Part shown: one piece after another, positions 49,268-64,000 of the stretch
How the letters are laid out: every line of letters starts with the position of its first letter
Position numbering within the stretch: position 1 is the first letter of the stretch
DNA from: the human T2T-CHM13v2.0 reference genome, Homo sapiens
DNA length: 64,000 nucleotides
Assembly (NCBI RefSeq): GCF_009914755.1
Contig: NC_060925.1
Reading direction: 5' to 3' (one strand)
Notes under the pieces: generated by a model
What the model was told of the DNA's origin: nothing
The model's database searches: none
Seen by the model: the letters and a program-made list of their open reading frames with translations, nothing else
Translations under genes and position numbers: made by a program

Positions 49268-49560
49268 TAGTAGAGACGGTGATTCTCCATGTTGGTCAGT
49301 CTGGTCTCAAACTCCCAACCTCAGGTGATCTGCCTGCCTCGGCCTCCCAAAGTGCTGGGATTACAGGCGTGAGCCACCGCGCCTGGCCTATTGTTGTTTT
49401 TAATTCATATAAAGCTCTACACATAGTGGATGCTTAATTCGTGACAATCCCTGGGAGCCCCAAATGCTCCTTCTAGGATAAAAGAGCATCTGAAAGAGAG
49501 TGATACCACAACCCCCCTACGGCGTCTTTCTAGCTAGAGCTCCACAGTTTCTGACATTGA

Positions 49561-49902
<342 letters not shown>

Positions 49903-50446
49903 TGATCCGCCCGCCTTGGCCTCCCAAAGTGCTGGGATTACAGGCGTGAGCCACCATGCCCGGCCTGTAACACCTGATTATTTAGGATGGGATTTTCTGC
50001 TCCTCTCCACATATAATTGGCTCCAGGAAGAATTCCCTAGTGGTCCTTCAGTTCCCCAGATTCTCCTTTCATTTTCTGGAATCTCAGGCATCCTTATCCC
50101 AATCAAAACCTGTTCCAAGGAAATTATTTGACTTCTCATTTACACTAGGGTGATAACAGGCCGATAATTGCCTAATTGTTATTCTTTTCTGAGCTAGCTT
50201 CATTTTCTAACTTAATAATAGCTACAAGCATCAGACAATTACTGTGTGCCAGTCTTAGCTAAGCACTTTATGAAACTTATCTGTTTTAAAATGGATAGAC
50301 CTTGGGCAAAATAATGTAAAAGTCCCTGATAAGATTCTGGCCACAGGCAATCAATGGAGGAAGTTTGTAGGGAACAAAGTCAAAAAGGTAGAGCTCTGTT
50401 CTTTCAGCCCAAAGAATGGCCTTGCTCAAGTCTAGACCTCACTTGC

Positions 50447-51341
50447 ATATATATATATATTATATAATATATTATATATTATATATATTATATTATATAT
50501 ATTATATATTATATATAATACATTATATATATTATATATTATATATTATATATAATACATTATATATATTATATAATATATATAATATATTATATATAAT
50601 ATATAATATATTATATATATAATATAATATATATAATATATATTTAATATATTATATATAATATATATTATATATTTAATATATTATATATAATATATAT
50701 TATATATTATATATATCAAGCAGCAGATATAATATATAATATATATAATATATATAATATATATTGTATATTATATAATATATAATATATATAATATATA
50801 TTGTATATTATATAATATATAATATATATAATATATATTGTATATTATATAATATATAATATATGTAATATATTATGTAATATATTATATAATATATATT
50901 ATATATTATATATAATATATATTACATAATATATTACATATATTATGTAATATATGTTATATATTACATATAATATATTATATGTAATATATAATATATT
51001 ATATATTATATATTATACATAATATATAATATATAATATATAATATATATATTATGTATAATATATATTATATATTATACATAATATATAATATATATTA
51101 CGTAATATATTACATATATTATATATAATATATATTACGTAATATATTACATATATTATATATAATATATATTATATATAATATATATTACATAATATAT
51201 TACATATATTACGTAATATATGTTATATATTACATATAACATATATTACGTAATATATGTAATATATTACATATAATATATACATTATATGTAATATATA
51301 TGTTATATATTATATAATATATATTTTATATATATGTATAT
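50447..51341. repeat. ~0.9-kb AT-rich (TA)n-derived complex tandem/palindromic repeat
   Basis: Nearly pure A/T with higher-order units; four perfect 18-bp palindromes atatattacgtaatatat. Confidence 0.97.
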
Positions 51342-51358
51342 GATTGTTGTTGTTTTGA

Positions 51359-51499
<141 letters not shown>

Positions 51500-52760
51500 T
51501 GATTTTTTTGTATTTTTAGAAGAAGTAGGGTTTCACCATATTGGCCAGGCTGGTCCCAAACTCCTGACCTCAAGTGATCCACCAGCCTCGGCCTCCCACA
51601 GTGCTGGGATTACAGGCATGAGCCACCGTGCCTGGCCTATTTATTTATTTTTGAGACAGGATCTCAGGCTGGAGTGCAGTGGCTCAATCACGGTTCAGTG
51701 CAGCCTCGACTTCCCCAGGCTCAGGTTATTCTCCCACTTCAGCCTCCTGAGTAGTTAGGACTACAGGTTCGCACCACCATGCCCGGCTAACTTTTGTATT
51801 TTCTTGTAGAGACAAGGGTCTCACCATGTAATCCAGGCTGGTCTCAAACTCCTGGGCTCAAGTATAATCTGCCCACCTCGGCCTCCCAAAGTGCTGGAAT
51901 TACAAGTGTGAGCCACCACTCCCTGCTTCTACAAATTTAAAAACTGAGATTCAAAGATGTGAAAATTCTCATAACTTTTAAGTAAATGTACAGGGATTCA
52001 AACCCAAGGCATCTGACTCTAGGTCTGATTTGCCAGGTTGCCTTCAGCATAGCAACCTACCCACTATGGCCAGAGGTACTGTCAACAAGAAAAGCTGATT
52101 TTGTTAACTTTCCTGTTACCATCACCTTCAGGATCCAATCTAAATCTAAAGTCCTTCAGAGTCTGGGCTCTGCTTCCAATCTGCCACACTCCACCTCAAA
52201 TTCAGAGCTGCAGCCACCTTGGTCTATTGGAAATGAAACCATTCTCCTTGCCCTGGGGCCCATGTGCAGCCTGCTGCTGCTCCCTGTATCCCTAAACCGT
52301 CCTCACTCCCCTTAGCCAATTGGCTAATTCCTGATTCAAGGTTTGGCTCAAGCATCACCTCCTCAAGGCAGCCTTTTTTCACTCCCCAAGCTGAACTAGG
52401 GACCCTTCCTCTAGATCCCCTTGGCAGTGGATGCTTAAAACTCTCAGGGCACTCTCCACGAGTGCGGCCACTGAAAGCAAATGACCTGAGTTTGATTCTT
52501 AGCCCTACCATTGATTAGCTGTATGATCTTGGAGAACGCACTTAATTTCTCCAAGCCTTGGTTTTCTTATCTGTAAAATAAAGAGGTTCTACCTCCTAGA
52601 GTTATCATAAAAAATAAAACAAATGTGGCCAGGCGCAGTGGCTCACGCTTGTAATCCTAGCACTCTGGGAGGCCGAGGCCGGCAGATCATGAGGTCGGGA
52701 ATTTGCGACCAGCCTGGCCAACACAGTGAAATCCCATCTCTACTAAAAATAAAAAAATTA

Positions 52761-52919
<159 letters not shown>

Positions 52920-54355
52920 TTAATTAATAAAACAAATGCAAAACCCTTAGCTCAGTCCCTGGCTCATAGTAATTCTTGGATAAGTTTTAGCTATTTCTTT
53001 TTCATTTATGCAGGGAGATTACTTAGCCTTTTTGTTTTTTTTTTTTTTTTTTTTTTTGAGACATAGTTTCGCTCTAGTTGCCCAGGCTGGAGTGCAATGG
53101 CACGATCTCTGGCTCACCGCAACCTCCACCTCCCAGGTTCAAGTGATCCTCCTGCCTCAGCCTTCCAAGTAGCTGGGATTACAGGCATACACCACCACGC
53201 CCAGCTAATTTTGTATTTTCAGAAGCGACGGGGTTTTTCCATGCTGGTCAGGCTGGTCTCAAACTCCCAACCTCAGGTGATCTGTCCGCCTCGGCCTCCC
53301 AAAGTGCTAGGATTACAGTCATGAGCCACCGTGCCCGGCCAGAGATTACTTAGTCATTTAAAATATCTCTGACATCTAGTACTCAATAAATAGGATGTGA
53401 AATTTGCTGAATGACTGAATAATCGTGAATTGCCTAAAGATTTGGTGTTACCCTGGAGAAGTTCTGAGTCACACAAGAGGCCAGACTGAGTCTCACTGCA
53501 CAGGGAGAGAGAAAAGCAAGAGTATCCTAGAGCAGGCCCTGCTAGCCCACGAGACGGGCATTGTGTCTTTGACCAGCCATCTACTGTTCCCAGAGCCCAG
53601 TGCAGCCTCTGTCAAAGACCAACATTCCCAAAGAGCTAGATGACAGATGAAGACTCAGCTTATAAGCTTGTACATTTCCTCATAGCTGGGTGATGGTGTG
53701 TTGCTTGTTACCATGTGGGATCATGGCTCTGTTTGCCTCAGTGAGCTGAGAATTGGACCCAGGGTGACTACTTAGTTTCTTAATTAAGTCCATGAGCCTT
53801 GGTTTGCTGTGTCCTGGCAACAAAGTCTTTTTGAACAAAGTGACTTGGTAATCTAAACTTTCCAGTCCCTAAGGGTAAAGTTCATCACCCGCCCCCCCCA
53901 AAAAAATAAAAATAAAAATAAAAAACTTTCCAAAATGTTGTGGCAAGTTGGAGTTCTCTGACCCTTTCATTTTCCTCCTGGAGGGACTGGCCTTTAAAAG
54001 CAAGCCATGTTATGCCAAGAGAAGCCATTTGTATTAGCCCAGAGAGACTTGAGTATCATTAGATGCTCTGCACAGAAATACGCAAACGTCCACCAAGGCC
54101 TGCTGAGAATACATCTAGACCCAAGGTAATTAAGGCATAGAGATGGGAGGCCAAAGAGATTAAAAAGGAAGGACGGCCGGGTGCGGTGGCTCACACCTGT
54201 AATCCCAGCACTTTGGGATTTGGGAGGCCAAGGTGGATGGATCACGAGGTCAAGATGTTGAGACCATCCTGGCCAACAAGGTGAAACCCCGTCTCTACTA
54301 AAAATACAAAAATTAGCTGGGTGTGGTGGCACATGCCTGTAGTCCCAGCTTCTCA

Positions 54356-54457
<102 letters not shown>

Positions 54458-54459
54458 CT

Positions 54460-54597
54460 AAAAAAAAAAAAAAGGAAGGAGGAGAAGGAGGAAAAGGAGG
54501 AAGAAGATAAGCAGGAGGAGGAGAAAACAAAGAAGATGAAGGAGGAGAAGAAAAAGGAGGAGGAAGAGGAGAAAAAAAAGGAGGTGGCGGGGAGGAA
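54460..54597 (+). repeat. GA-rich polypurine tract
   Basis: (GGA/GAA)n-like run between two Alus. Confidence 0.85.
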
Positions 54598-54714
54598 GCT
54601 GGGCACTGTGGTCCACACCTGTAATCTCAATGCTTTGGGAGGCCTAGGGGGTAGGATCACTTGAAACCAGGAGTTCAAGACCAGCCTGGGCATCCTAGTG
54701 AGTTGCTCTCTCTA

Positions 54715-54996
<282 letters not shown>

Positions 54997-56016
54997 TCAA
55001 GGCTGTAGTAAGCTATGGTTGCACCACTACATTCCAGCCTGGGCTACAAGACAAGACCCTGTCTTTAAAAAATAAATATAAAGGAAGAAGAGACTGTGGG
55101 GCTCCCACCTGAAATAGACATGGAGGAAGGAGAGAAACCCCAGTAGGAAAAGTAAAGATTTAGCTCCATTCCCCGTATGCAAGTACGTTCATGATGGGCC
55201 ACAAATGCTCATCTGCATAGAGCTGAGCCAGTTGGCCCTTCCAAATGCCTTAGGGCCCAGGGATATATGGTGGTGTGTGAGGGTGGTGGTTCCTTTTATG
55301 GCTATAAGACAGATCCAGATTCTAACCTTATAGACCAAGCTGTACCACCCTAAGTAAGTTTCCTAACTTCTGTGGACCATTTGCCAAATGAAGGTAAGTC
55401 AGCCTCTAACAGATTAGAACAAGAAGTAAAGGAACTTGTCTGCAGAGACTGTCAACAGGGCCTAGGGCACAATAGGCAGCTCAGCAACCCTTACTTCCTT
55501 CCCTATTCCCCTCAGGGTGAAGTTTCAGCTTCTTTGATTTAACATCACTCTCACTTCTGGAGCCAAGCTGTCCTACCTCTTTGCCCACAGCACGTGTGAT
55601 TCTTACAGCTGTCAGCAATTCCTAGAGTTGACCACAGCCCTTCCAGCCACAGTGGCCTTAGATAGTTCAGGTTCATTAGGATGCAAAAGAGAGCAAAAAG
55701 TATTATCATAGAATGCTTAAGATGGTAAGTGTTGCTATGTGTGTTTTAGCACAATTTCTAACAAGTATTACAGAGACTGGTCGGGCTGGAAACACCCTCA
55801 AGGATTACCTTTCTCAGGCTCCTGGTTTAGGCACAGAGCACAGAGTTGGAAAAGGATTTCCTCAAGCAAGTGAGCAGCAGGGCCAAGACGGAACGACCTC
55901 TCTAAGGTGTCTCTCACGATGTGATCCTATCCTCTCATTCGGAAGTAGGATCCTACTGAGCGCAGTGGCTCACTTCTGTAATCCTAACACTTTGGGAGGC
56001 CAAGGTGGGTGAATCA

Positions 56017-56292
<276 letters not shown>

Positions 56293-56761
56293 TCACACCT
56301 GTAATCCTAACACTTTGGGAGGCCAAGGTGGGAGGATGCCTTAAGCCCAGAAGTTCAAGACCAGCCTAGGCAACATAGCAAGACCCCATTTCTACAAAAA
56401 AAAAAAAAAAAAAAAAAAGTATCTGTGTGTTTGGTGCATTCCTGTAGTCCCAGCTACTTGAGGTTGGAGGATCACTTGAGCCCAGCTGTGAGCCGCAATT
56501 GTGCCACTGCAATTCAGTCTGGGCAACAGAGCAAGACCGTATCTCAACTAAAAAAAAAAAAAAGTCGTCACTGGGCACAGTGGCTCCCACCTACAAACCC
56601 AGCTACTTAGGGAACTGAGGCAGGAGGATTGCCTGATCCCAGGAGTTCAAGGCTGTAATGAACTGACAGCACCACTACACTCCAGCCCGGGCAACAGAGC
56701 AAGACCCTGTCTCTTTTATTCTATTTTATTTTATTTATTCATTCATTTATTTATTTTTTGA

Positions 56762-56920
<159 letters not shown>

Positions 56921-56949
56921 TAAAAATAAAAAATAAAAATAAAAATAAA

Positions 56950-58430
<1,481 letters not shown>

Positions 58431-60002
58431 CAGCTCTGCCACTTTTATCTGTGTGTCCTTGAGGCACTGTGCCTCAGTTCACTAAATTGCAAAAACACAA
58501 ATTTTGGCCAGGCACAGTGCTCACACCTATAATCCCAGCACTTTGGGAGGCCAAGGTAGGAAGATCACTTGAGCTCAGGAGTTCAAGACCAGCCTGGACT
58601 CATCTTTACTAAAAATTGTAAGAATTAGCCGGGCATGATGGTGTGCACCTGTAGTCCTAGCTACTCAGGAGACTGAGGTGGGAGGATTGCTTGAGCCTGA
58701 GAGATCAAGGCTGCAGTGAGCTCTGGTTACCCCATTGCACTTCAGCCAGCCTAGGTGACAGAGTGAGACCCTGTCTCAACAAACAAACAAAACATATTAA
58801 AAACTCTATTAATTTCTACTACTTCCAAGGGTTATTGTGAGGGCTGTAAGCTAGCAAGCTGAAACCAACCACTAGTGTGTCTGTCCGATAAAAACAACAA
58901 CTAACGTTGACTGAGCACTCATTATGTGCCAGGCATTAGGCAAAGCTCTTGACATGCCTTAACTCATTAATCAGGCTCTGTGTGTTAATAATACCTGCAT
59001 GTAGGAGGTGAGCCATGGCAGGGGCTTCATTTTTTCCTCTGGCTAATCACCCAGCATGTTCAGGAGGAAGCCGCTGGACCTGGGGCAAGGCAGCCTTAGA
59101 CCTTGCTGATGCCAGGCCTTATTAGCACAACCCTCACATACACCAAATCCACTAAGCTACCCCGTTGCTGAAATCGACATGCACCTCCACCAAGCCTGGC
59201 TCAGTGAAGGTCTCTAATACATGCCTAACAGGCCTCCAGCAGTCTCTAAGCCAAGGGGCTTCACCCACTCACCCGCACTTCTCATCTTGAATCTGGAAAC
59301 CACATTCTTCTACCCTGGGTGGCACAGCCTTCCCCTGGCCCTGGTTGAACCTGATGCCATTTAAATATCCTGCCAAGCTTGCTGCCTTGAGAAAACCTTG
59401 GACACTGATTTACCTCCTATCTAATGACTAGAAGAGGAAGCTGGATTTCCAGATGCCCACAGCTGGCGTCAAGCACCAGGCTGGCTCCAGTGATCTCTGT
59501 GGGAGCCAGCCTGCCAGCCTGGCCTGGCCTGCCCATACTCCAGACACCTGGAAAGAGACTGAAGCGTTGCTATGCTCTGCCTTTTCCCACCAGCAGGAGA
59601 GTGAAAATAGCAGTGATTTAGAATTAATTCTGCAGATGAACATTTTTCGGTTTCCCAAATTTGGCAATCCTTCTCTCCTTGTTTTTTCCACCTTCATTGC
59701 ATGCCTTTTCTTCTACTTGAATAAAGAAGATGAAGAAGATGCTTGGTTCTCACCTTTCATGCAGGGTATGTGGATATTGGATAGAGTCCAGCCTCTTCAG
59801 CTGGGCACCTGCTGCCCCATCACTTCTGGCTCTTGCCAATCTCTGCAGCCTCAGTTCCCAGCCCTCTCCCACTGACATGCACCCAGAACAGCCATGGATT
59901 TTCATGTCTCTGAGTCTTTCCATTTGCTATTCCCTCCAGCTAGAGTATCTCCTGCTCCTGGCTTGCCTAGAAGTTCCAATTTATCCTTTAAAACCTAGCT
60001 CA

Positions 60003-60340
<338 letters not shown>

Positions 60341-60967
60341 CTAGGTTCCCTCCTCCCAGCTAGACAGACTTAATTGTCCCGCTCCCCCTGCTACTTTTGT
60401 GCTGAGACATTATTTTCTTGTGATTCTATCGCACTATATTAATAAAAAGCTTATGTAGCCTAGTACCTGGCACATAGGAAGTATTCAATAAACATTAGCT
60501 TATTTATCTCTTCTATGAAGCTGGAAATGGCTGGGGAGACTATCACAACTTGCTCTTTGAACATAAAGAAAATAGAAACCTCTTTCATTTCATGCCATAG
60601 CATGGCTGGCTTTCAGCTTTGGCCAAGAACACTAAGTTACATTTTTGGCCTTCTCAACCGAAAGTGTTGGAAAGGGCCCCCACACCCATAAATACATGTA
60701 AAACGCCCATATCTGTTATCAGCCTGGAGCTCCCTTCACTTCTCAGGCTTGTAATTACTTGTATCATGGCTGTTCCCTGCTAGAGAGTAAGCTCCAACGA
60801 CAGGGACTGTGACCTCCACCTTCACTGCTGTATGTCCAACACAGTTCCTGGCACAAAAGAGGTCCTCCATAAACACTGGAGGGATGGATGCTGATTGAGG
60901 TATTGGGTGTAACCCTACTCTGGCAGGTGTGGGGAATACCTTCTATTTGGGGAGGTTGGAGTTCTCT

Positions 60968-61058
60968 CCTGTACAAGAGTTTCTGGAGTGGCCTTCCCTG
61001 TACAAAAGTTTCTGGAGTGGACTTCCCTGTACAAGAGTTTCTGGAGTGGACTTCCCTG
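60968..61058 (+). repeat. 29-bp tandem repeat x3.1 (cctgtacaagagtttctggagtggacttc)
   Basis: Units start at 60968, 60997 and 61026, with 1-2 mismatches. Confidence 0.93.
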
Positions 61059-61473
61059 CTCTTAGGAGAACACCTGAGCCCCTCTCTTTGGCATCATAAC
61101 TGAGAAATATGGGAGAAGAAGGGCCCAGGTCTATTCTACTTCTGTGGCATAGGTTTTAGAAAACAATAGACCTTGGCTCCAATCCAAGTTCTGAGACCTT
61201 AGTTAAGTCACCCTGAAGGCTTTGATTTCTCTCATCTCTATGAAGGGGATTATAGTAGTTCCAGTGTTCCAGCAAAGATGTGAGGTAGAAAGATCTAGCA
61301 CAATACTGGACACATAGGAGATGGTCAAGAAATGAGGACAGTTCCATTGCACTCCAGCCTGGGCAACAGAGCAAGACTCCAAAAAAAAAGAGAGAAAAAG
61401 AAAGAGAGAGAGAGTGAGGGGAAAGAAGGAAGGAAGGAAAGAAGGATGGATCCCCTTTCTTCTCCCTAACAGT

Positions 61474-61891
61474 TGTGAAAGAAGAATAAATCTTGGGGCC
61501 CCAAAATCACTAAGCTAAAGGGAAAAATCAAGCTGAGAACTGCTTAGGAGAAACCTACGTCCCATTGTATTCAAAGTCACCCCTCTGCTCACTGAAATAA
61601 ATGCATATCTGGTTACCTCCTTTGGAGAGGCTAATCAGAAGCTCAAAAGAATGCAACCATTTGTCTCATATCTACCTATGACCTGGAAGCCCCCTCCCCA
61701 CTTCCAGTTGTCCCGCATCTTGATTGATGTCTCATGTCTCCCTAAAATGATAACACCCAGCTGTGCCCCTACCACCTTGGGCACATGCCATCAGGACCTC
61801 CTGAGGCTGTGTCACCGGTGTGCATCCTCGACCTTGGCAAAATAAACTTTCTAAATTAACTGAGACCTGTGTCAGATTTTCAGGGTTCACA
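61474..61891 (+). mobile_element. Solo ERV1 LTR, MER4A/MER4A1-type
   Basis: TG...CA termini (tgtgaaag...gggttcaca); body ggggccccaaaatcactaagctaaagggaaaa and aataaactttctaaattaactgagac match the recalled MER4A consensus. No clear TSD. Confidence 0.85.
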
Positions 61892-61958
61892 AAGACTTCC
61901 TCATCTTTCCTGACGCTCTTTCGGGAGAGGAAATTCCATGTAGCTCAGTTGTAGAACT

Positions 61959-62128
61959 ACACCCAGCTCTAACCCACACCCAGCTCTAACCCACACCCAG
62001 CTCTAACCCACACCCAGCTCTAACCCACACCCAGCTCTAACTCACACCCAGCTCTAACCCACACCCAGCTCTAACTCACACCCAGCTCTAACCCACACCC
62101 AGCTCTAACTCACACCCAGCTCTAACTC
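61959..62128 (+). repeat. 17-bp minisatellite x10 (acacccagctctaac[c/t]c)
   Basis: Ten contiguous units with one variable position. Confidence 0.97.
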
Positions 62129-62247
62129 ATGGCCAGAAAGACACAGTGGTTAGGAGCTCAGGCTCTTGAGGCAGGTTGCTTGGGTTCAAATCTCAGCTCA
62201 CTAGCTGTGTGACCTTGAGCAAAACATTTAATCTCTCTCTACTTCAG

Positions 62248-62281
<34 letters not shown>

Positions 62282-62444
62282 CAGGGTCTCATTCTGTTGC
62301 CCAGGCTGGAATGCAGTGGCATGATCACAGCTCACTGCAGCCTTGCCCTCCTGAGCTCAGGTGATCCTCCCACTTTAGCCTCCTAAATAGCTGGAACTGT
62401 AGGCACATGCCACCATGCCTGGCTAATTTTTGTATTTTTGGTAG

Positions 62445-62817
<373 letters not shown>

Positions 62818-62940
62818 TGATCCGCCCGCCTCGGCCTCCCAAAGTGCTGGGATTACAGGCGTGAGCCACTGCGCCCGGTCTTCAGTCTCTTTATCTGCAT
62901 TATAGTAACGATAATGATAGCATTGATCTCATAAGACATT

Positions 62941-62975
<35 letters not shown>

Positions 62976-64000
62976 AGATGGAGTCTCGCTCTGTCACCCA
63001 GGCTGGAGGGCAGTGGCGCAATCTCAGCTCACTGCAACCTCCGCCTCCCAGGTTCACGCCATTCTCCTGCCTCAGCTTCCTGAGTAGCTGGGACTATAGG
63101 TGCCTGCCACCACACCCGGCTAATTTTTTATATTTTTAGTAGAGATGGGGTTTCACTGTGTTAGCCAGGAGGGTCTCAATCTCCTGACTTCGTGATCCAC
63201 CTGCCTCGGCCTCCCAAAGTGCTGGGATTACAGGCGTGAGCCACTGCGCCCGGCCTCATAAGACTTCGTAATGAGTAAGTGAGAAAGTGCCTTGTGTGCA
63301 GTAAGCCCTAACAAAACCAAGACTTGAGCCAGCTCTTGTATTCAAGGTGAATGTAACACCTCGCATACACTCAGTTTGGTCATCCTCATAGCCGCCCATG
63401 GCTGGATCTGCCACAGTGACTTTGGGTTTGTCAGGACTTGAATCTCTGGACTGCCATTCCCTGACCGCTCACCCTATTTCTGGCCTAGAAGTAAAGGAAA
63501 ACCAAGCTGCAGAAAGTTGTCCAGTGACACTGAATAGTGGGCAAAGCCCAGGCTCTGGAGTCCAGCCCAACCTGGGTTGGAATCTGAGCTTTGCAGCTTC
63601 CTGGCTGAGTTCCTTTTCCTCTCCATATTCCAGTTTCCTGCTAAGAACAACAACGTCTATCTTACAGAGCTGATTTGAGAATTAGAGGAGATAACATATG
63701 CAAAGCACTCGGGATGGGGCCAGGTCCAGAGGAGATGCTTGGGGGACAGTGACTCCCTTCCTCACTCTCCTGCTGCCATTCTGCCCCCTCCCCACTCTGG
63801 CACTGCCCACCAAGTTCAAAAGCGGCTGCTGCAGCTGTCGTTTCTGAAAATACACCCCTGGTTGCTTTTGTCTTTCCATCCAAGTCTTCCCCAAACCTTT
63901 AAACATCCCCAAATCAAGGGTTTCAAAAGACAAAAAGCCCAAGCTGACTTATCCAGACCACTCTGTTGGCAAATGTCCCAGAGGATCTTGCTCTGCCAGT

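Noticed and set aside
61959-62128. CRISPR-like array (also 60968-61058)
   Set aside because: Contiguous tandem units with no unique spacers, no cas genes and a eukaryotic context.

Overview
Human (primate) genomic DNA, not microbial. It is extremely Alu-dense, and an AluYb8 copy points to Homo sapiens. The one real gene signal is the 5' end of EIF4G3 (eIF4GII) on the minus strand, recognised from the translated exon sequence. It comprises a CpG-island promoter (~46.6-48.1 kb), exon 1 (ends 47408), a 363-nt in-frame intron 1 and a 190-nt exon 2 (47044-46855) encoding two poly-Ala/VPPPHP blocks. Intron 2 is more than 46.8 kb long, opens with a textbook U12 (minor spliceosome) donor GTATCCTTT and runs off the left edge. 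That intron holds an HSPE1 processed pseudogene split by three Alus, old L1/L2/MIR/DNA-transposon fragments and dozens of Alus. Upstream of the promoter (48-64 kb) is intergenic: a ~0.9-kb AT-rich palindromic tract, L1, a MER4A-type LTR and two minisatellites. Nearly all ORF-track entries are repeat or GC artefacts. I see no evidence of a novel enzyme system. The most interesting biology is the layered control at the EIF4G3 5' end: uORFs, a non-AUG start, a stop-free intron carrying its own AUG, CGG repeats and a giant minor intron.
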